Positions 1-8,009 of a stretch of 21,176 nucleotides of DNA are shown here, piece by piece. Where the stretch lies: the NCBI GenBank assembly GCA_040260805.1, contig JBDQPD010000058.1, positions 1-21,176 of the forward strand, in the 5' to 3' direction. The DNA comes from Myxococcota bacterium (GTDB lineage Bacteria > Myxococcota > UBA4151). A model generated the notes under the pieces. It was not told where the DNA came from. It saw nothing but the letters and a program-made list of their open reading frames with translations, and searched no databases. The position numbers were made by a program, and so were the translations under genes. Within the stretch, counting starts at the first letter, position 1; every line of letters starts with the position of its first letter.

Positions 1-181
1 CTTCCGAAGCGTCGACAGCTTCGCCGGCGTCGTCGGTAGCCGCTGCGTCCACCGAGCCGCTGTCCGCAAAGCCAGCGTCTTGTTCAAGCGCGGCATCCAG
101 AGCGCCTGAGACGGGTTCCGTGCCCTCGCCGCACGCGGCAACACAGGTCGCAAAAACGACGAATATGAGTGAGTTTTTCAT
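1..181 (-). CDS. Lipoprotein, N-terminal fragment (runs off the left edge)
   Basis: Not in the ORF track; translated by hand from ATG 181: MKNSLIFVVFATCVAACGEGTEPVSGALDAALEQDAGFADSGSVDAAATDDAGEAVDASE. GAGGA RBS upstream, Lys + hydrophobic core + VAAC lipobox, then an acidic D-A-G linker; frame open to the window edge. Confidence 0.8.
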   Translation of the reverse strand, partial: MKNSLIFVVFATCVAACGEGTEPVSGALDAALEQDAGFADSGSVDAAATDDAGEAVDASE

Positions 182-276
182 GACAACTGGGTCCTCTTCA
201 ACGGTCGGAAGGTGGAGGTGAGACAGAGCGCTTACCTACCGGTCCTCCGAGCGAATTCAAGAAGAGATCGAACTGA

Positions 277-1140
277 CTAGAAGCGATAACCCAATTTGGA
301 GCGCACGGTCTGCATCGTCGAACCGACCGCCTGATGCCACTCAAGCGCCAGCTCATAGCCACCGCCTGAGTAGACCGCGCCCACGCTGTACTCTACGCCT
401 TGAAACGGCTCAGGGTTGTTCTGGATCACCCCATCATCGCCGATCAAGAAGAAGGTGCCCACGTTGGCAAACCCAAAGGCGGTGTACAGCCCAAGACCGG
501 CAGGCAGAGGGTTGCCTTGGTAGCCGACATGGAGACCGGCTCCCCAGAGCCCGTTGGCGTAAAAGTCCAAGACCGTTGGTCCGTCCTCTTCGACCGATTT
601 GGCGATATCATCTGCGACCTTGCTCACTGCCGCATGGTAGCGAAACCCGAGGCTAAGCTCAGGGCTCAACTGGCGGCTCACGCCCAGCTCGAAGCCCGCA
701 TGATGCATGCTCGTGGACCCCATCGGTACCGGTGGGACATAAGCGATCCCTAGGTAGCCATCAAATCCTGCAAGCTTCGGTAAACCGACCTTGATCCTAG
801 GCCGTGGCAACACGGGGACTTTGTTCGTGTCCTCGGTCTTGAGCGCGTTGTTGTAGACCACCACTCGATCCTTGCAGCCCAAGGCGGGGATCATCGAGAC
901 CTCGAGACCAAGCACCGCTCCCTCCACTTTAGGCATACCCAGCGGAGAGATCAGCATCGAGAGCGCAGGATGATTGAGCATCTTAGCGCTTTGGCGTGCG
1001 TTGTAGGCGTCGATCTCGCCATCCGGAACCATCGCAGCGATTCCCCCCGCGAGTTCGGTTTCACACTCAGACGCGACACCGCTTGCTAAAGCGGGCGAAC
1101 TAGCCAGGGCAATCACCCATGCGATGTTACGGACAGTCAA
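277..1140 (-). CDS. Exported protein, probable outer-membrane beta-barrel
   Basis: TTG start overlaps the upstream stop by 14 nt. Signal peptide ends ...SPALA. Alternating amphipathic segments (GFELGVSRQL, LSLGFRYHAA, GAGLHVGYQ, YSVGAVYS, YELALEWH) and C-terminal KLGYRF (terminal Phe, BamA beta-signal-like). Confidence 0.7.
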   Translation of the reverse strand: MTVRNIAWVIALASSPALASGVASECETELAGGIAAMVPDGEIDAYNARQSAKMLNHPALSMLISPLGMPKVEGAVLGLEVSMIPALGCKDRVVVYNNALKTEDTNKVPVLPRPRIKVGLPKLAGFDGYLGIAYVPPVPMGSTSMHHAGFELGVSRQLSPELSLGFRYHAAVSKVADDIAKSVEEDGPTVLDFYANGLWGAGLHVGYQGNPLPAGLGLYTAFGFANVGTFFLIGDDGVIQNNPEPFQGVEYSVGAVYSGGGYELALEWHQAVGSTMQTVRSKLGYRF

Positions 1141-2014
1141 AGCTTGGCATCCCCTCGTCGATCCAGTTCTGCAGAGTCACGATGTCTTCATCGGCCCAGC
1201 GACCCCCTGGAGGCATACGGCTCGCCCGACCGCCAGGAACTTCAGCACCCCGACCAGCGATCCTGAGGAAGAGGTAGCTCTGCGCAGAGTCTCCCGAGGT
1301 GACATACGGGATGTCGACCGAGGAGGTTCCGTCAAACGAGGCGCGGATCGCCTGGAGCGTTCCGTCACCCGTGCTGTAGCCGCCCGAGCCGTTGCGATGG
1401 CAACCGTGACAGCCGGTCCGAAAGTTCAGCGCGATGCCGCACATGGGGTCGAGCGGAGGACCGGTATCGACCGGTCCAGTGTCGGTAACGCCAGCATCGG
1501 CAGGCGCTCCAGCATCGGCGGGCGCTCCAGCGTCCGCAGCGGGTCCAGCGTCCGTCACCTCGTTGCACTCGGTGGTGCCGCCGTTGGCGATCCAATCACG
1601 GACGAGTTTACGCAAGCGAGTGTCCTCGGCTGCGCTGCCACCCATGGTGACCCCTGGAGGCATGGAGCCCTCGCCCACTCGCGCCCAGATGTGCGAGTTG
1701 TCAGGCTCACCAGGCGTCAGCCATGGCGGCGACGAGGCGCGCTCGTTGCGCAGCTGGGCCACTAAAGCGTCGGCGGTTAAGTCGCCGCGCACTTTGAGGT
1801 GCGGTCGTACGTTCGTACCGCTCGGGTCATGGCAGTTGGCGCATTCAGGAACAAACACCTGTTCGTAGACCGCACACCAATCGGCGCTCGGGTCAAAATC
1901 CCCACCCACGTCGGGTTTGGGAACGTCAGGGCATTGCATGCCGATGCACGGGTTGTCGCAGTTGGCTGCGCCAAACACGGTGAGACATAAGATGACTGCG
2001 AGCGCTCGGGTCAT
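1127..2014 (-). CDS. Di-haem c-type cytochrome lipoprotein with two homologous haem domains
   Basis: Two CxxCH motifs (CANCH, CHGCH), each followed by PG/SG..S..W/F.R, MPPG (likely axial Met) and WI..G, resembling the planctomycete-type cytochrome c domain. Lipobox-like GAANC. Start moved from 2035 to ATG 2014 because GGAG lies 5 nt upstream. Confidence 0.85.
   Translation of the reverse strand: MTRALAVILCLTVFGAANCDNPCIGMQCPDVPKPDVGGDFDPSADWCAVYEQVFVPECANCHDPSGTNVRPHLKVRGDLTADALVAQLRNERASSPPWLTPGEPDNSHIWARVGEGSMPPGVTMGGSAAEDTRLRKLVRDWIANGGTTECNEVTDAGPAADAGAPADAGAPADAGVTDTGPVDTGPPLDPMCGIALNFRTGCHGCHRNGSGGYSTGDGTLQAIRASFDGTSSVDIPYVTSGDSAQSYLFLRIAGRGAEVPGGRASRMPPGGRWADEDIVTLQNWIDEGMPSFDCP
1491..1556. 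repeat. Imperfect 18-bp tandem repeat (about 3.7 copies) encoding the APADAG linker
   Basis: ccagcatcggcaggcgct / ccagcatcggcgggcgct / ccagcgtccgcagcgggt / ccagcgtccgtc, lying between the two haem domains. Confidence 0.85.
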
Positions 2015-2030
2015 GGCTGCTCCAATTTTT

Positions 2031-2059
2031 ATCATTTACCCAAACTCAAACGGGGTCAA
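2031..2059 (-). promoter_or_regulatory. Putative sigma70-type promoter for the cytochrome/beta-barrel pair
   Basis: Minus strand TTGACC-N17-AATGAT in an AT-richer gap, immediately upstream of the GGAG RBS. Confidence 0.45.
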
Positions 2060-2084
2060 GGTTGGCCGCCCAAATCCAGCAGCC

Positions 2085-3620
2085 CTAAGGACTGGGGGCT
2101 ACCGTCAAAATGCTCTTTAGGTCCGGATCGAAGAAGCGGATCCCTGCCCCAAAGTAGAAATCTCTTTGGTCGACGAAGATCGGGTCTTCAACGCCAGCAG
2201 AGACATACAGGTGCTTGAGCACCTTAAGATCCACGACGGCTCGATGCCGAGGGGCAAGCCCCATGTCGGTGATCTGTCGGTCAAAGTCGAAGGCGTCGAG
2301 CTGGATGCGCAGCCGATCACCAAACAGATGAGCGTCGAGACCAAACCCACCTCGACCGTCGATCAGACCGGCGCGCAGTCCAACGACGCCAAAGCGCCGC
2401 CAAAACTGCGCCGACAAGCGGAATTCGTCCTCGATGGTTTCGGTGACGATGGGCACGCCGTCAACCGAGCGCCTTTGGATCAGCGGTGACACCTCATTAT
2501 CGGTGGTCAGCGCCATGATGTAGCCTTTGTCTTTGCGAGTCAGCAGATTGACCCGCATCCCGGCTTTGCCTGTACCGCCCCGCAGCCGCCAACCACCGCT
2601 CATCTCGACTTCTGTGCGCAGCTTGTCGTAGGTGGCGACCATCTGACTGACCCCTCGAATCGCCGAGTCGATCTCTGCGCCGAGCGCCTCATCAGCGACC
2701 AGGCGTCCGACCGGCCCTTTGCCGGTTGCGGCGAGCTCTGCGACCTTTTGGACCTCGGCGGAAGCCTTGGCGAGGCTCGCCACCGATTGACGCAGTTGAG
2801 CAGCCATTCCTTGGACTTCGCCATCACCCGAACCGGCGATCGTCTCGACCTCACCCAAGATCCGATTGAGCGCCGAGGTTGCACCGGCGACGTTGGTCAA
2901 AATCTGCTCAATGCTGCCTGTCTGCGTAGTCGAAATCCGCTCGAGATTGCTAGCTACCGCCCGAAGAGCGGTCACCGTCGACTTGAACTCGTCAGCGTTG
3001 CCATCGACCAAGCGGGTCATGCTGCCAAGCAGATCCCGAGCCGAACCGCTGAGCACATCGACCTGGCTGATCATCATGTTGGTCAGACGCTCAAGCGGCG
3101 CCTCCTGACCCTTTTTGCCCACCACAAACTGGCGCACGCTCTTTGCCAAAATACGAATCTCTTCGGAGAGCGCTTGGATGTCCGTCGCCGTCTTTTGAAG
3201 GGTGTCCGTCATGGATTGCAGCGCGTCATCATCGTTGACGTTGATGATGTTCGATCCGCTCTCGAGCATCCCAGCCTTTGGAGTGCCCGGGACGATATCA
3301 ATGTTGTTGGTCCCTAAAATACCCTCAGGCCGTTTGCTCACCTTGGAGTCTTTGTAGATCTCGAGCCCCTTGCGCATCCGAAGCGTCAGACGAGCCTTCG
3401 CCCCTTGGAGCTCGACGGCGTCGATGTGGCCGACGTCAATGCCAGCGATTCGCACCCGTGACGCAATGCTCAACCCCGAGGCGTCCTCAAAGACCGCATA
3501 GAGGATGTAGTTGGATTCGGGCGCCGCATCAGACTGGTTGAGGTAGACTTGAAAAGTGCTGGCGCTACCGATGCCCAACAGCACCAGCAGACCGACTCGC
3601 AAGTTGCTCATCATACCCAT
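2085..3620 (-). CDS. mlaD: MlaD/MCE-family protein, long form (TM + MCE + helical region + beta-rich C-terminus)
   Basis: N-terminal TM (LRVGLLVLLGIG), MCE motif FEDASGL...VRIAGIDVGHI...EGILGTNNIDIVPG, about 200 aa heptad-like helical stretch, beta-strand-patterned C-terminus; directly follows mlaE-mlaF. Confidence 0.92.
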   Translation of the reverse strand: MGMMSNLRVGLLVLLGIGSASTFQVYLNQSDAAPESNYILYAVFEDASGLSIASRVRIAGIDVGHIDAVELQGAKARLTLRMRKGLEIYKDSKVSKRPEGILGTNNIDIVPGTPKAGMLESGSNIINVNDDDALQSMTDTLQKTATDIQALSEEIRILAKSVRQFVVGKKGQEAPLERLTNMMISQVDVLSGSARDLLGSMTRLVDGNADEFKSTVTALRAVASNLERISTTQTGSIEQILTNVAGATSALNRILGEVETIAGSGDGEVQGMAAQLRQSVASLAKASAEVQKVAELAATGKGPVGRLVADEALGAEIDSAIRGVSQMVATYDKLRTEVEMSGGWRLRGGTGKAGMRVNLLTRKDKGYIMALTTDNEVSPLIQRRSVDGVPIVTETIEDEFRLSAQFWRRFGVVGLRAGLIDGRGGFGLDAHLFGDRLRIQLDAFDFDRQITDMGLAPRHRAVVDLKVLKHLYVSAGVEDPIFVDQRDFYFGAGIRFFDPDLKSILTVAPSP

Positions 3621-3629
3621 AATTTGCCG

Positions 3630-4370
3630 CTACACCTCTTTGCGCCAACTGGCGAGAAATTCGCGCAGTTCTGGAATATCGCAAGCCTGAACTTCGCTCG
3701 CTGTGCCCGAGACCAGGATCTGACCCTCGTGCAGAAAAGCCACCTGATCAGCGATTCGAAAGCTCGAACCGATGTCGTGACTGATCACCAAAGAGGTCAC
3801 ACCGAGCTCCCGGCGTGCGGTCAAGATCATCTCATCAACTTGGCGCGTCGTGACCGGGTCCAAACCCGTCGTGGGCTCGTCGTACAGCAGGATCTTTGGC
3901 TGCCGAATGATCGCTCGAGCCAAGCCCACCCGTTTGCGCATCCCGCCGCTGAGCTCACTCGGCAGCAGATCATCGACACCGCGCAGGTCGAACAGCTCAA
4001 GTGCGGTGTGCACTCGCTCGGCTAAGGCATCAGGCTCGATCTTTTCACGGGCGGCTTCGATGATCGGAAAGGCGACGTTGTCGAACACGCTCATCGAATC
4101 AAAGAGCGCTGACTGCTGAAAAACCATCCCCATTCGAGCCCGCAGCTCTGCAAGCTGGACGCGGTCGCAATCTGCGATCCGCACGCCGTCGACGTCGATG
4201 CTCCCAGCGTCGGGGGCGAGCAGGCCAACCACGTGCTTCATCAGCACGCTCTTGCCCGCACCTGAGCCACCGAGAATCACCGTCGTCGAACCCGCTTCGC
4301 AACGCAGATCGATTCCGCGCAACACGGGGCGGTCGCCAAAAGTCTTATGCAGCCCTTCAATCCGGATCAT
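3630..4370 (-). CDS. mlaF: MlaF/Mkl-family ABC ATPase
   Basis: Walker A GGSGAGKS, GMVFQQSALFDSMSVFDNVAFP, PSELSGGMRKRVGLARA, LYDEPTTGLDP, SHD; between mlaE and mlaD. Confidence 0.95.
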   Translation of the reverse strand: MIRIEGLHKTFGDRPVLRGIDLRCEAGSTTVILGGSGAGKSVLMKHVVGLLAPDAGSIDVDGVRIADCDRVQLAELRARMGMVFQQSALFDSMSVFDNVAFPIIEAAREKIEPDALAERVHTALELFDLRGVDDLLPSELSGGMRKRVGLARAIIRQPKILLYDEPTTGLDPVTTRQVDEMILTARRELGVTSLVISHDIGSSFRIADQVAFLHEGQILVSGTASEVQACDIPELREFLASWRKEV

Positions 4371-4374
4371 CGAC

Positions 4375-5157
4375 TCACCAATCCAGCATCAAGGGACCGA
4401 TGATCAACATCATCAGGTAATCTAAAAACAGGACCAGCACCGAGGTCACAACGACCGTCTGGGTCGCCGCTAAGCCGACGCCGCGCGCCCCACCCATTGC
4501 GGTAAGACCCTGCCGCGCAGCAACCGCTGCGATCATAAACCCAAAGACGACGGTTTTGATGCCGCCGCTGAGGTAGTCATTGGCGTCCGCCATCCGCATC
4601 GCTTCTTGGGCGAAGAGTTGTGCGCTGATGTCGTACGGTGAAGCGGCGATGACCGAGCCAATGAGCCCCATCAAAACGAACGTGAAATTGAGCAAAGGTA
4701 GGCTGATCACCAAAGCCCAAGCCCGAGGGGCGACCAAATACTGAACCGGATCCACGCCCATCATCTCGAGCGCATCGACCTGCTCGGAGACGCGCATGGT
4801 CCCCAGCTCAGTAGCGATCGCTGAGCCCGAACGACCTGCGACCAGCAACGAGGTCAGGATCGGACCGAGCTCTCGCGACAGACTCAAGGTCATCGAGGGA
4901 GCCACCATCCCTTCCGCGCCCATCCAAGCCAGGGCGTTGAGCGAGTTCATGGCGAAGACGAGTCCGGCAAATAAGCCAGTCAAACCGACGATAAAAACCG
5001 AGCCAAAACCTACAGTATCGAGCTGGTGGAGAATGTTTCCAAAGCGAAACGGAGGCTTACACATGGCGATCGCCATGCGCCGCGAGAAGCGTAGGCTTGC
5101 GCCAAACCATTCGATCGTGTTGACGACGATTTCGCCAAGCCGCTCGACCGAATTCAT
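4375..5157 (-). CDS. mlaE: MlaE-family lipid ABC permease
   Basis: RELGPILTSLLVAGRSGSAIATELGTMRVSEQVDALEMMGVDPVQYLVAPR. Start moved to ATG 5157 (GAGGAG RBS, ATGA overlap with the alr stop). Confidence 0.95.
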   Translation of the reverse strand: MNSVERLGEIVVNTIEWFGASLRFSRRMAIAMCKPPFRFGNILHQLDTVGFGSVFIVGLTGLFAGLVFAMNSLNALAWMGAEGMVAPSMTLSLSRELGPILTSLLVAGRSGSAIATELGTMRVSEQVDALEMMGVDPVQYLVAPRAWALVISLPLLNFTFVLMGLIGSVIAASPYDISAQLFAQEAMRMADANDYLSGGIKTVVFGFMIAAVAARQGLTAMGGARGVGLAATQTVVVTSVLVLFLDYLMMLIIGPLMLDW

Positions 5158-6266
5158 GATGCGCTCCTCAGGTGCCGCCTTGGAACGCGCACGCCGACGC
5201 TCGTCAAGACCTCGTACACCAATCGCCCACTCCATTTCGCCATCTGCTCAACGGTGATCTGTTCGTCACCTTGCGCTCCAAGTAAGACAACCTCTGCGCC
5301 CACGCTCACCTCAGGTACATCGGTCAGGTCCACGGCGGTCAAATCCATCGAGATCGCCCCGATCACGGGGACCATGCGGCCACCGATCAGCACCTGAGCG
5401 CTACCCTCTGCGCCCCATGGATAACCATCGGCGTAGCCCACCGGTAATATTCCGATGCGACTTTCGCGCGCCGCTCGCCAACGAGCGCCGTACCCCACGC
5501 TCTCGCCGCTCCGGATCACGCGAGTGTGCTCGACGCACGTTAGCCAACTCATGACCGGTCGCAAGCCCAACGCCTGAGTCGGCACCGGCTCCACACCATA
5601 AAGCGCTAACCCCGGCCGGACCCAATCAAAGGTCGCGCCCGGATACGATGCGATCGCCGCCGAGTTCGCCGCGTGCCGATCGAGCTCGCCCAAGCGCTGC
5701 GTCAGCGTATCAAAGACCTGGATCTGCGACTCCGTGTGGCTGCGATCCTCGACATCGGCGCACGCCAGATGCGTCATGACCGCCACAAGCTCAAAGGCCT
5801 CGCTCGACTCAATGCGAGCCAATAAGGGCTCAAAATCGTCAATCGCACAGCCCAATCGACCCATGCCGCTGTCCAGGTGCAGATGAACGCGCAGAGGGGA
5901 TGAGCCAGTCGGGCGAGACGCCTCCAAGGAGTCGATCACCGAGCGGTCAAAGACGACGGGCTCAAGTTGCGCCCGCCAAACATTAGCGCCCGCTGTATCG
6001 TAACGACCGGCGAAGACGAGGATCGGCGCTGTGACTCCGCCCTCGCGCAGCTCGAGACCCTCGGCGACGGTCGCCACCGCTAGCTTCGGGACGCCAGCGG
6101 CGAGTAAACTTGAAGCCATTGGAACGGCTCCGTGACCGTAGGCGTTGGCTTTGACCACGCCGATCACCGAGCAGGTTGAGCCGACTTTACGCTCGATGCA
6201 GGCGAGGTTGTGCCGCAGCGCTTGGTGGTCAATCTCCACCCAAGTTGGCCGACCCTTGCTGCTCAA
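5154..6266 (-). CDS. alr: Alanine racemase
   Basis: VVKANAYGHG (PLP lysine), AVATVAEG, DSGMGRLG, HAANSA, VRPGLALYG, VGYG (catalytic Tyr), PVGYADG, SMD; TTG start with GGGAG RBS. Confidence 0.97.
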   Translation of the reverse strand: MSSKGRPTWVEIDHQALRHNLACIERKVGSTCSVIGVVKANAYGHGAVPMASSLLAAGVPKLAVATVAEGLELREGGVTAPILVFAGRYDTAGANVWRAQLEPVVFDRSVIDSLEASRPTGSSPLRVHLHLDSGMGRLGCAIDDFEPLLARIESSEAFELVAVMTHLACADVEDRSHTESQIQVFDTLTQRLGELDRHAANSAAIASYPGATFDWVRPGLALYGVEPVPTQALGLRPVMSWLTCVEHTRVIRSGESVGYGARWRAARESRIGILPVGYADGYPWGAEGSAQVLIGGRMVPVIGAISMDLTAVDLTDVPEVSVGAEVVLLGAQGDEQITVEQMAKWSGRLVYEVLTSVGVRVPRRHLRSAS

Positions 6267-6288
6267 AACGCTGCTCCCATCGCACGGC

Positions 6289-6318
6289 AGCTTAGATGAG
6301 TTCCCCGTAGGGATCCAA
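6289..6318 (-). promoter_or_regulatory. Possible internal promoter for alr-mlaEFD
   Basis: Minus strand TTGGAT-N18-TAAGCT in the 58-nt gap upstream of the alr RBS. Confidence 0.3.
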
Positions 6319-6324
6319 AATCAC

Positions 6325-7098
6325 TCATCCGATGAGCCGAACCTGCATCTTTCGCCGCGCCAACCACAAACACAGCCCGCCGCCAAGCAAAGAGATACAC
6401 ACAAGCCCCAAAACCGGCTGCCAAGCCGGCAAATGGCCGAGCACTAAGGGGCGAAGGACCTGAACGCCCATCCCGAGCGGCGAGACGCTCGCAAGAGCCG
6501 CAAACTCACCGAAGCGGTCCACCGGAAAGAAGATCCCACCGAACAAGAACAGGGGCGTCAAAACCAAGGTAATATAGTAGTTAAACCAAGCATAGTCAGG
6601 CGTATAAGCGGTGACTAGAATCGCTGAGGAGGCGAACAAAAAGGCGACCAAAAAGGCTGGAGCGACGCCAAGCAGAACCAACGGTGAGACAGGATCGCCG
6701 ATCATCAACATCACCAGCGGCACGCACAGCGCAGCGATCGCTCCTTTGATCCCTGCAAAAAGCGCATCGCCCACCAACACCTCACCCAGCGAGATCGGCG
6801 TCGCGATCATGCATTCGTAGGTTCGCTGACTCATCATCCGTGTGAACGCGCCGAACATGCTCTCAAAACTTGCCGTGAACATGGCGACAGACGCCAACAA
6901 ACCGGAGCCATAAAACACCCTGTAGCTGAGCCCGTCGGGCAGCATCTCGGGCCGAGTCATGGCGCCCACCCCGTAGCCAAGGACGACCAGATAAATTAGC
7001 GGCTCGAGCACATTGCCGACCAGGCTAGCGCCTGCCATCGAGCGCCACATCAGCAGGTGGCGTTCACACACACGCAGGCTGCGTCTGATGCTGATCAT
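6325..7098 (-). CDS. ABC-2 type permease, NodJ-like
   Basis: GNVLEPLIYLVVLGYGVG, ASFESMFGAFTRM..QRTYECMIATPI, PLFLFGGIFFPV; about 6 TM segments; ATGA overlap with the upstream ATPase gene. Confidence 0.9.
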   Translation of the reverse strand: MISIRRSLRVCERHLLMWRSMAGASLVGNVLEPLIYLVVLGYGVGAMTRPEMLPDGLSYRVFYGSGLLASVAMFTASFESMFGAFTRMMSQRTYECMIATPISLGEVLVGDALFAGIKGAIAALCVPLVMLMIGDPVSPLVLLGVAPAFLVAFLFASSAILVTAYTPDYAWFNYYITLVLTPLFLFGGIFFPVDRFGEFAALASVSPLGMGVQVLRPLVLGHLPAWQPVLGLVCISLLGGGLCLWLARRKMQVRLIG

Positions 7099-8009
7099 TG
7101 GCGCAACGCCCTGCCGGTTAGCTTGAGAAAGAGGTCCTCTAGGCTGGCTCGGCGAAGGTTCGCCGCTATGCCTGCGTCCAGCGCCTGGTTGAGCGTCTGG
7201 CGGGCGGCGGCGGCGTCGCGAAAATGAGCGAGCGTCGAGTCACCTGTTTCCTCAAGTCGATACGAACCGAAAAGAACTGAGGTCAACTCATCGGGCTTGC
7301 TCAGTTGAAACTCTAAGGTGGCTACACCGACATGCTCATCGACCAACGCCTCAGGCTCTCCCTCAAGCAAGCGCTTGCCATGATCGATGACGCAGAGCCG
7401 GTCGCAAAGCCGCTGTGCTTCGTCCATGTCATGGGTGGTCAGCACCATGGTCAGCCCCTCATCCTTGAGCTTTTGGAGCCAACCCCAGACGGTATGGCGA
7501 GCCTGGGGATCAAGCGCCGTGGTCGGCTCGTCCAGAAGCAGCAGCTCAGGTTCATTGACCATCGCTCGAGCGATCATCAGGCGGCGCCTCATCCCGCCCG
7601 ACAGCTCACGTGGGCGAGCCTCGCGTCGGTCGGTTAATCGCGCAAAGTCGAGCAGACGCTCGGCGCTCTCCCGAGCTTGCTTGCGCCCTTGTCCGAAGAA
7701 GCGCGCATAGGTCCAAAGGTTGTCGTAACAGCTCAGATCAGGGTCCAGATTGTCGCCCTGCGGGACCACACCGATCCTTGCACGCAGGTCAGCGCCTGAG
7801 CGATCCGGATCCAGCCCGAGCACAGCCAACTCGCCAGCGGTCCTAGGCAGGACGGCTTGAACCATTCGAGTGATGGTCGTCTTACCCGCACCATTGGGGC
7901 CGAGCATGCCAAAGCACTCCCCCTGACGAACGGTCAAATCGATTTGATCAACGGCTAGAACGCTGCCGAAGGCTTTGACCAAACCGGTGCCCTGGATCGC
8001 TGGGGTCAT
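7095..8009 (-). CDS. ABC exporter ATPase, NodI-like
   Basis: GECFGMLGPNGAGKTT, GVVPQGDNLDPD, LSGGMRRRLMIARA, LDEPTTALDPQARH, TTHDMDEAQRLCDRL, C-terminal ASLEDLFLKLTGR. Confidence 0.92.
   Translation of the reverse strand: MTPAIQGTGLVKAFGSVLAVDQIDLTVRQGECFGMLGPNGAGKTTITRMVQAVLPRTAGELAVLGLDPDRSGADLRARIGVVPQGDNLDPDLSCYDNLWTYARFFGQGRKQARESAERLLDFARLTDRREARPRELSGGMRRRLMIARAMVNEPELLLLDEPTTALDPQARHTVWGWLQKLKDEGLTMVLTTHDMDEAQRLCDRLCVIDHGKRLLEGEPEALVDEHVGVATLEFQLSKPDELTSVLFGSYRLEETGDSTLAHFRDAAAARQTLNQALDAGIAANLRRASLEDLFLKLTGRALRQ

Noticed and set aside
225..262. Shared words TCGCTCGG and GGTAGGT upstream of both the lipoprotein and hutU
   Set aside because: Spacing differs and the words are short enough to arise by chance.
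1491..1556. CRISPR array
   Set aside because: Contiguous in-frame coding repeats without spacers; no cas genes.
277..2014. Canonical MtrAB-type extracellular electron conduit
   Set aside because: Only two haems and a barrel of under 300 aa.
5158..5235. Longer mlaE start at 5235
   Set aside because: Lies inside alr; the RBS and ATGA overlap support 5157.
6325..8009. Nodulation (Nod factor) locus
   Set aside because: No nodABC or nodD in the window; only exporter similarity.
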